A model generated the notes under the pieces. That model had not been told where the DNA came from. It worked only from the letters and a program-made list of their open reading frames with translations, and did no database searches. A stretch of 64,000 nt of DNA, taken from positions 4,670,008-4,734,007 of the forward strand of contig NW_002060943.1 in the NCBI RefSeq assembly GCF_000150275.1. Reading direction: 5' to 3'. The stretch is from Trichoplax adhaerens (Eukaryota; Animalia; Placozoa). How positions within the stretch are numbered: the first letter of the stretch is position 1; each line of letters starts with the position of its first letter. A program made the translations under genes and the position numbers. Below are positions 45,529 through 56,600 of this stretch, piece after piece.

Positions 45529-47619
45529 TTGGTTCCTTAAATTTCCAAAATGTTTTTGGATGATAGAAATATAAAACTGTGAGCTCCGTTTTATCCCTAA
45601 AATATCTTACGAAACTGAAGTGGAGCTAATATGATCAATGTTGGCGTTCAAAGTAATAAACGAGCACCATTCCAATTCTATTATTGATTGATATTTAGTA
45701 CCGTAATACATAACGCAATATCACTACTTTTAACATACTCTACCAATATAAATGTCTCACATGACGAGCGTTGCAAGGTTAGTTTATCGATTTAAAGTAT
45801 TACCTTGATTACATTATCAAGGTAGTAAAGGATGATAACCTATAAAATAACCAAAGTCGTTATCAGGTTCATCTTTCATTTGCAGTTTTTTAGAATTACA
45901 TAGCTTATTAATCCACTCTTCTGATTAACCTTGCACTCTTTACCAGCTGCAATAATATTTAAATACTAACTAAATTAAAATATCAATTTAACTACACGTA
46001 CTGCATAAGCGTTCACTAGTTGGCTATTAATCAATTCTAATACTCTCAAGCCTTATACGTCTATTACTATATCATCTCTTAAATGCCTTTTAGAAAGAAA
46101 CTGTTACAAACATAAACACGGATTAACATAAAATATTAATTACCTAATTAACGTAGGATACTACATATATTTAACTTCAAGAGCTAACTTGACAAACTCT
46201 TACAATATCTATTCCTTTTGTATCTTTGATCTTACAAATTCTAAATACCTTTCCTAAACGATTCAAATATTATAAATATTAATCCACTAGAAAGATTCGT
46301 TTAATTAATTAATGAATTAATTGATAAATGTACTGATTTTGTATCCAATCAAATGTCTATCAATCTACTATTATGATCATAAGTATATATGTACTGTAGC
46401 ATACTATATATGATTTACTTTCTGTTCCGTAATTAATTTATTAGAGTACAATTCAAGCAACAACGAAATGATAATTAAATAATTTATGCCTATTATGAAA
46501 TTATGTTCACTAGATATTTTTTTGGGAAATAAGATCGCTCCCACCCGAAATAATATGTTATACTTAAAAAATAACCTTATTATGATAGTATAAAATAGAC
46601 TGCTGTACTGCATGAAAAGTGTATATACGTTATCAATTGGAAGATTTTAAACGATTATAACGGTAATGTATCTTCTTTAGAAGTGATAATCATCGTGAAT
46701 AAATATGAAATACATTTGCTCCTTCAATTGCTGACACTTCTGGCTACGATAGTGGATTAGATTTAAAAGTGTGATGAAATTATGATGTTGAAGTTACGTA
46801 TAGTAAGATTAGATTGATTTTAATGAAAGCAACTGTGATGTTCCGGAAGATAATGCGAATGTCATGATTGCAAGAAATGACAAGAGAAAGAATTATGATC
46901 ATTCCTAAAATCGTCTTTTTACTCTATTTGATCTCCGACTAGCTTCAGGGATCCTCAATAAGGAAACTAGTTTATTCCAGTTCCACTCATACGAGCTAAT
47001 TGATAGTAATTTACGTTAAAGATTTTATCTACGGGTATTGCAAATTAGTGTACGCTAGTACCAGTGCACTATAAACTACTCTCGGTAGGACGGAGTTAAA
47101 AATTAATAATTAAAATCTAACATAGTTTTCCTATTTCACACATATGCCCGGGTGCTAGTCTCTCAAAGTATAGTCATATGAATTATGCACTATATTCATA
47201 CATATTTACTATTGCCTAGGTCTCGGTGATATTTTAAATCGCACAGCAAAGGTTTACTATCAAACACAAACGACATTACCGTCGTAATTAATTTTTTAAG
47301 CAATAAGGAGCAAGCTCCAAAACAGTATGATATGTGGCAAACGTTTCATCTTTTACCATAACTAAAACTCAAATATAGTTACTAAAGTAGTAAATGATTC
47401 AACTGATTATCTTATGTAAATAAAACCATTTTAAACTGACGGATATGATTTAATTATATATTCTCTTCCAACCTAAATAATGTTAATGTTTTAGGGGAAT
47501 TTGGAACTGGAATAATCATTACCTTCTATTATTAAAAATATAAGATACAAACAAACAAAGTGAATACGAAATAGTCTGTGAATTGTTTTTGCCAGTTTTT
47601 AATTTACCATAGGATCGCT

Positions 47620-50600
47620 ATGACTTTTCGTAAAATTTTTTCCAGTTTTTGTAAATTTTTGGTGTATACAGCTCTCATTTTGAATTCAATTTTGAATGGA
47701 TCCATTTGTAGCAGTGATGATCAAGCCATAAAGAATATTACTATTGGTGCTAGTTTTCCTATAAGTGGAGCTGACACTACTTGGGGGGATTGTTTAATGG
47801 CTGCTAGATTCGCTTTAGATCAAATCAAAGATCAAAATTTGCTTTCCGGATATCGCCTTAATATGGAATGGGGAAATACTAAGGTATTTCGTACAATTTA
47901 AGCATTTACACTGTTAACGCAGTTAAATTATCGCCTGCTATGAGCATAACTCCAAACTGCTGTAATTTTCGAGTAATTTTATCCATTGAAAGCAATTAAG
48001 ACTCTAATATTTTCACCAATGTTCTTCTTAGCATTGAAGAAATTACCGGGCTTATATTTTAAAAAGCAAACACTACCGACTATTTTAATAATAGTTAATT
48101 TTGTATCAAATAGATAAAACGAGCAAAGCTATCTGTTTCTATTGGTATAGATCAGAATTCAGAAACTAAAGTACCGAACTTTAATTTCAGATTCCATAAA
48201 TTTTGAAGTTACTAAACAAATTTTTAATTCCTATTGTCTAGAACTAATTTAGAAACGAGACCCCGGACTTTAACTTCAGATTGTACTAATTTTTATATTA
48301 ATGAACAAGCTCTTAAAATTTATTCCATCTTAAATTTTTGCTTCATTGAAGATGAGATGATATTTTGCTAGAATATAAGAGTCGTATATAATTATTTTGA
48401 TAACTTATGACGCGCTATTTTCGTTTACGTTAAAACATTAACGGAAATAGTTTTTCTTTTAAAGCTACATGAATCAAAGATGCAATAATGCCTTAGTTAT
48501 GTATAGGACTTAAATCCTTCGTAGAGCATTAAATAGTTAACTTACTTCTCTATTGTAAGTGAGAATATTTTGTCTTATCGCAAAATTCTAATTCTGTATT
48601 CTGGATTGCATATTATGCGAGTTATTTGCACTAAGAATGTGTAGCAGTGCCGGTGTTAATTTCAATGGTACACTATAGAGAATCGTAAATTGGTTTAGCT
48701 TTGTCAGAAATATCGTTAACATCAATTTTCTTTCTAAATTTGAACGAAGAAAATTTAGTCATTGCTGATACATTCGGTATAAACTCTGATTGTCAAAGGA
48801 AAATTTAATTACCATATTTCATACGTACCGATGTAACACCGGTAATAGGGTAGGGAGAATTCAATTCTATTCGCTGTTATTCGTGACAATTATTTTCCAC
48901 CATGTTTGCTCTTAAAATCCTATTTCAGTAACACTATAGGGATTGTAGCACTGACTATAGCACTTTATGAATCCAAATATTGGTTTAGGCCAGCTATCAG
49001 CGTTAACGTCTCTACCTATACAGCATATATTTATTTACTTTACTATAAGTTTTTAAGAAATTATCCTTATATCACTTGAGATTAATCCCGCTTGCAATAT
49101 TGCGTAGAAAATATAAAGGGTCAAGTTAACTAAAATTTATACATTTAAAGCTAAGATGATGCCGACAGTGAACAAGTACTGACTAAATATATATAGACTT
49201 AGAAGCAACAATGAGTTAACTTATGCTATATTACCATCTATAAATGTAAAAAACGAGGATTTTCTAGATAGTCTAATCACTCTATCACAAAATATTACCC
49301 CTTACCTCATTTGCATTAATCATTTTCTAGATTTTAAATTATTTTACAATCTGCAATATAGACTTCATAATCTTGACGAAAATATTGCTATAATATTGCG
49401 ATGAGATTAGATTTTGAACATTTATGAAACTTCGAAAGTAGTAAGTTTACGCTAGCTTACAGAAAAATTCTTAGCCTTATTTTTACAATAAGACAACACC
49501 ATTTCGATCTTGCTAATTCAATAGCAGTACCATATGAACCATCAGTTGAAAATATAAAGCCCATAGCATAGTTATTACTGAAAATCTATTTGGAAATTAC
49601 TTAGAACACAAATTTATCTGATTCTACAGCAAAACTTCACGAGAAGATACATTCCACCGTTAATAATGGAGTAATGCGAAATCTATTTCATTTTGGCGAT
49701 TACATGAATAATTCTTTCTAGATTACAGTTCGAATTTGTAAATAATTTTTTAAGCCAATTTCTCCTTTATTTCCCTCAATATCTTCCATTTAAGCAAACT
49801 AGCCAGTACATCTAGAACATATACCGATAGTTCGTGCTCAGCTGCATAGCTGATGGATCAACTAATTCACTTTCATCTTATTTATTTATACTTGGCGAAA
49901 TCACTGCAAATTTTATTTAGATAATTGATATACTCGTATGAGGGAATATTTAATCTCGATTTGCAAATATTTTATGGCGCATTTCAAAACTTGAGGCTAA
50001 CTTGATACAATTTGTCGTAAAAGACGACATAGTGAGCCATCAAATATCTCACACTTATCCCTATTTCAATGAAATATTCTCCATAGTATATCCGTAGGCT
50101 AAGTTGCATGAATACGTTAGATTGATATACCTTATCAAAGCTGATTTCTAAGTAGGAAGTATTAGTAAAATCAATTTCCTTGTTATATCTAACTATTGAC
50201 TTTTCTTCTTTGCATACCTTGAAACGTGATCCATTAGTAAATGAAATGTGCGATAGTAATTTTGAAATATTCATCAACACTTGAATTTATAAATTATAAG
50301 CTAAAGGTTTCTAAAATATTTATATAGTGTGATGCTGGTACCGGTATGAAAGTGCTATTTGATTTAATTCACAACCCGCCGCAGAAGCTGATGATTTTAG
50401 GCTCGGCTTGTTCTCCGGTTACAGAGCCAATGGCTCAAACCTCCAGAGAATTTAAATTACTCCAGGTTCGTAATTATTCTTTTTCAGCTTTGACCATGAA
50501 TAATACTGACTAAATACAAAGCAAGGTGAAATATAGTATCATCGACTGCTAGAATTAAAATAGAAATCGTGCTAATAATACTTATGAGCTTTAAGAAACA

Positions 50601-53600
50601 TATAATGCTCCTTTTCTTAATAGATCTCTTACATATCGGCATCACCAGCATTAAATAACAGGGAAACTTATCCTTACTTTTTTCGGGCTCGCGCTTCGGA
50701 GAGCAAGCGAATTCTGCCCAGTTTCGAAATTTTTAAGCGCTTTAATTGGACAAAAATTGCTATCATCACAGAGACAATCAATTTATATACATTGGTAAGA
50801 TAAATTTCCTTTCTATGGGAGTATTTTCAATAATTCCTATGGAACTTGGAATTACGGCTTTCCTAAGCCTATTTATTGAACGTTTTTTAAAGTGATGTTT
50901 GGCTAATAAAGGTGTTCAAAAATTCATACTGACATAAATGAAACTAAAATTTTAACACTTCAATTTATTCCTTACGGACACACTGAAAATATTCATTGTA
51001 GGTTGCCAATGAAGTTGTAAAAGTGGCTAATGAAACTAAGACCGAAATTGTCACTTCTACAAGCTTTGATACGGAAGAAGATCCACAAAAAGCTATAGCA
51101 AAAATTAAAGTATGCCATTATACCCAATTAAAACTAATAGAGTAATTAATGCACTATTGATAGCAGTGTCAATAAAATTAATACATCATCGGCTTGTAAT
51201 TTGGAACTATCTCAAGCTTGATGGTATCAAACAAGATTTACCATATTAGGTATTATGCAAAATGCCTGATTTCGCAAATTACCAGTAACTGGAGATACAC
51301 TAAGTAGATAGCAAGCGCATTTTGAAATCATTTGCGATCTAACTCGAATACAACATACATTTCCAGGATAATGCTATAAGAGCTTATTGGACATTCTAAG
51401 ATGACTTCCATATATTTTATATCTTACAACAACGTACAAGCTTTTGTATCTCATTTAGCCTAATTTTTCAAGAATCTCCCATTGAAAATTGTAACAGTAA
51501 TATATCTGTTATGATAGAGAGAATTGAAGCGATGATTTTAAATGTCTGCTTTACTAGAACCAGATATTAACATGATTTTATATTATACATATTTTCATAC
51601 TAAAATCGTATATCATTGAACAAAAATTAGGAATCTCAGGTCCGAATTATATATGCTGGATTCTATCCTAAGCCTGGTCGTCGCGTATTATGCAGGGTAA
51701 CTGATCCTAAATTTACTATTACATTAAACTACCAATTATAATCTTAAAGTAACTAAATTTTCTTTCAAAATGCAAGTATCAGCAATAAGCATTTCGAAAT
51801 GCATCTGTGATAAAGAGTCTCCTTAAAATACAGCTAGAACTACAGTTTCTTGTGAACTTCACTTTATTACATAAGATTAAGTTCGACTTATAACTACCAA
51901 GGACTATCTAACTGCAATCAGACTATCTCTGGACTATCTGAAGTATCTCAGTAATATTCACAATTTATGTACAATTAGTAACACATTGAATTTCTTTCAA
52001 GCACAATCATATATTACCAATTAAGTTACAAGTTCATTTCTAAATTTACTATCGCGCATCAATTCATGATTCGCGCTTCTAGTTAAAGCGTCAAGATACA
52101 AATCTCACAGTACTAACATAAATAACGCTATCTATTATTATCTCAGAATCTTAATATAAGCATCTCAATACAATTACTACAATACCGACTGTAAACATCT
52201 TCCAAAATTAGATGCGTATGTAGTCTTACAACCTAGCCTACAATTTATCAATTTTTGCATTATTCCATAATCTTAGTCTTAAGCTTATTTGTGGCTTCAA
52301 TACAGCATCAAAGCAGAAAAATACTGTAGAATCTGTCATTACAATACAGTAATGTAGAAAAAGTACTGTACAGTATTGTAGTACTGTACTGTACTACGAT
52401 ACAGCTTACAGTACACGGTATAAAGTTACTGAACCTCTGACAGGTCTATCAAATGGTAAAATACTATCTGTTAAATATTAACAAATGAGCACATTATCGT
52501 AAACCATCAGCAAAGCGACGGGAGAATGTACTAGTAAATATAAATAAGATAAGTAACTAGCACAACATTGTGCCAGTTATATCATAAATTAAGGAAAATT
52601 GCAAGAAATATGCTAAGTTCAGTGGTTAGGAGTTTGGAATTGAGTAGCTAATGCATAAGGTTAATCACTTGATTACTTCTGCAGTCATGAATATGGCAAT
52701 CTAGGAGTCAAATCCTTAAAATGTCTTTGAATAAGATAGTATCGAATTTAATAAGACTGCAATCACATACCTAATACATAAATATATATTACTTATTATT
52801 GCATTGATGAGGCTTATAATGGTAGACTGTCAATATTAATAAAATTTAAGAAGCTAATATAAATATAGTTTTTTATTGCTATTTTATATCCTGTAGTGGA
52901 TGCAACCACACTTAATTTTCATATTTCTTACCATGCGCTCTAATATTTCCCCATACTACGACATCATATTATCTGTAATCATTTCTCTGAATGTTCTTAG
53001 CCAATAAAATTTACAATTTCTATTTAAAGTTGTCATTTTACATCTAGTAGAAAATGGATAACGTTCAAAATTTGACCTAATGTTATTATACTTAAAAGGC
53101 TTATCATGAAGGTCTTCGACCGCCTCAATACGTGTGGATTGGACCTGGATGGTTTCCGGGACCATATTGGTGGAGAAATCGTGAAGATGGCGATCTCATC
53201 GTAGGCAATATAACTTGTAATAACACAGTAATGGATTTTATGGCAGAAGGCTATTTTTCAACAGATCCTCCGCTAACGTGGGATGGCAATAAAACCACCG
53301 TTTCCAATATGGTAAGAAACAGTAAATTACCTACCATTTTACTGGAAAACCTAATCGTTTTCGTTAGATCTAAATTCCACTCATTATGGTAAATATTTTA
53401 TTTCTTTCATCTAGTATAGAGAGTAGCTTGAATTATTAGTTGCACTCATAATGATCAAAAAGAAATTTAATACAAATTCCTATACCCTAAATTTATTTCC
53501 TGTGCTTTGTAGACTTCTGAAGAATGGATTAAGGCCTACAATACATATCGAAAATATGATCTATATGCAAAGTATGCTGGAGGGTATAACTTTGCCGGCT

Positions 53601-56600
53601 ACGTGTACGATGCAACTTGGGCGGTAGCTCTTACCTTAAATAATTCTATTCAGCGTTTAGCTAAAAAAAAATTGACATTAGAAGGCTTTACTTATGGAAA
53701 TGTTGATTATCTTGAAGTATTTACTTCAGAAATGGCCAAACTGCAGTTTCTAGGCGTAACGGTAACTAATAAATTAACGACGAATAAGCGTAATTACTAA
53801 AATTCAGTTTGATGGCGATAATCTTGAAATTACCGGAATTGTTGCGTAGTGCTATATATATAAGTGAATGAATTAACTTTCGTTTGAAGAATCCAATAAA
53901 TAGTAGTTATAGCAAACTTGCTGTGATAGATTATAAATTCTTATTTAACAGTAAGAGGGCCCAGGCTTTTGAAGCTTTCCAAATTGCTGACAGCCTAAAA
54001 TAGCGAGGTCTTTCTTTCAAAAGCTGATAGTCATCCATTAATCCAATTTATTTGTTTATCCTAAATTAATAAATACACTAGGGGCCTTTATCATTTACCA
54101 AGACTGGCGATCGTATTGGTATAACAGTGATTCGAAGAGTTCAAAGTATGTGTTCAATGATGTCGATAGCTGTAATGCAATCTCAAACCGATATTTTCTG
54201 GTTAAGTGTGATTCTGTCTACGATCCATTCTTGAGATCTTGAGATATATGTGTATTTGTAATAAAATCATTATTGCGGTACTTCAATTCGCAATGCTGTA
54301 ACGACGATACATTAGAAGTTTTACAGTAAAATAATTTAAATCAAGCCTTTTGTGAGTGATTTCAGTCGGATAGAGGCTAATAATTATAACAGCTTATTCG
54401 ATCTAAGCTTTTAGGTTTCGTCATCTAGTTGCAAATTATTTGTGAACATGGTACTGTATGTTAACTTTATTTTCACGAGTGCAATGGAATTGTGATTACA
54501 TTCATATGATGCATTAAAAATGATACTATTATAGTGTGCATGAATATATTTACTATTCTTTCTCTTAAAAAGACGGTAAACCTTGCAATTATTGTATTAT
54601 AAGCTGAAAGATGACTTCGTTTAAATGTAATTACTTTCTATATTACTAACTTCATTAATTGAATAGATCATAGCCACATTGTCATTGCCAAGTATATCGA
54701 TCAGAGTGCAAAAGTGATATGGGATGATTCTATCAATTATATTTGGGGAACACCCGGTAGGTATTTGACAAATAATGTCAAGTAATATTGTAGCCGATTA
54801 GATCAATACTTAGTTTTATGGATGTTGTCTCTATAGCTTTTATATAATCGTGACAAAGTAGGTCATGGTAACTGATATAGAGATTATTTTTTGTAAAGCG
54901 ATCCTTTCGAAGTCTAAATCACTAATTAATTATAATGATATAAGTTTTTATTATTCAAATTCGAAGTTATCCTGCCTTAAAAACTTTATTGCAATAACCG
55001 ATGCAGATTGTCTAATCGAATAATACCTTTAAGTCATAAATTTATTTATTAATCTTAATTTTATGAGGTAAATATTATTACATCCGCATTAAGACGTTAT
55101 CACGATATCTGATCGAGAGATAATTTCATATAACCATATATGTGACAGTGTTATATGCTGTATTAGAGTAGAAATATCTATGTTAGGATAATTCTGTTAG
55201 CCTATCCTTATTTAGTTAACATCTAATTTGGATATACTGTGTTTTAATATAGCACTGACTTTTTATCACAGTGACACATATACACATGCTGAAATTAATA
55301 GTTACAATAGGGAATGCAAATCATCTACTTACAGTTCGATTTATTGTGATTATAACTTACTTTTGGTAGATTGTAAATTATCATGGAAATGTTCCGTGAT
55401 AGGACATATCGTAATCTGACTATTCTGTATCAAGTCATCAGATGTCTTTGTTCGTAAATACTGTTGTCTGCATTAAGGGAGCAGTAGCTAAAATTAATAT
55501 CTAATTCAGTGAATGATTCCAAAGTTAATCATGCTAACTATGACTCATGAACTGTTGAGAAAGAGTATATAAATGCAGTATATCGTGTAATAAAGTGGAT
55601 TCTCAAACTTAGTGTTTAACGTAAAATACGAGGCGTCTTAAGTCTGTATGTAGTCTGCTAGTAGAGCAAAAGTGTTTGTGATAGTGCAGATATCGTTCCT
55701 GTATACGTGGTTCAAGGAATTGACTTATTGATCGTACATTACGTTATCTTGCTGCAAAACTATTTTGTGACAACATCATAGAAGATTAGAGCACTAATTA
55801 CTGTTATAAATGTCATCTGTATTAAATTATAATTATACATCATGACTAAGCACATGACATTAAATTTATCGCTTGTTGGATAAAATGTTGTGCTATCAAG
55901 TTATTAAGTTTAAGATTATTTTTAGGCAACAAAACTCCAATTGATTTCCCTAGAACAGTTACGAAAATGATTACAGTCCCAATATCATTATTTGTTATAA
56001 TGGTTATAGCATCTGGATTTGGAATAGTGCTAGCGATAATTCTACTACGATTTAATGTATCTTACAGAGAAGATAGGTAATTTAAACAAAGATTTATAGA
56101 TAACTTTCGCATTTTAAATACTTCTACATGGTGGCCAAGAGAGTAATATTCTTTTTTATGTCAAGAATGTAATATACAGCTTTCCAAAAATTTATCTTAT
56201 TTAAATTTTAACGGAAATTATTTATAAAATTTTCTCGATTCAATGATCCCTTCTAATTCAAGAGCAATAAAAATCACCAGTCCTAATATAAATATTGCCA
56301 TTATTTGTGGCGTAATATTATGTTATATATCGGTACCATTTCTTGGTTTGGATAGTAATATACTTGGCATCAGTACTTATGGAATGTATGCACATTCATT
56401 GGTTTGCAGGGTCAGAGAAGTATCTTACTTGAATATAAAATTTGAAATTATTGATTAATTTTAAACTTACATTGCAACTTATTTTACAACTTGTGAATAA
56501 ATGGCCTTGAATTATTATATAAACCTGTGCTGTTCGAAGTATATCATCAATTATGTATTTTTTACGTAGATCAGAATATGGCTACTGTTGTTAGGATTTA

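Noticed and set aside
55228-55419. 63-aa ORF
   Set aside because: Lies inside the solo LTR; the frame is not preserved in copy 1.
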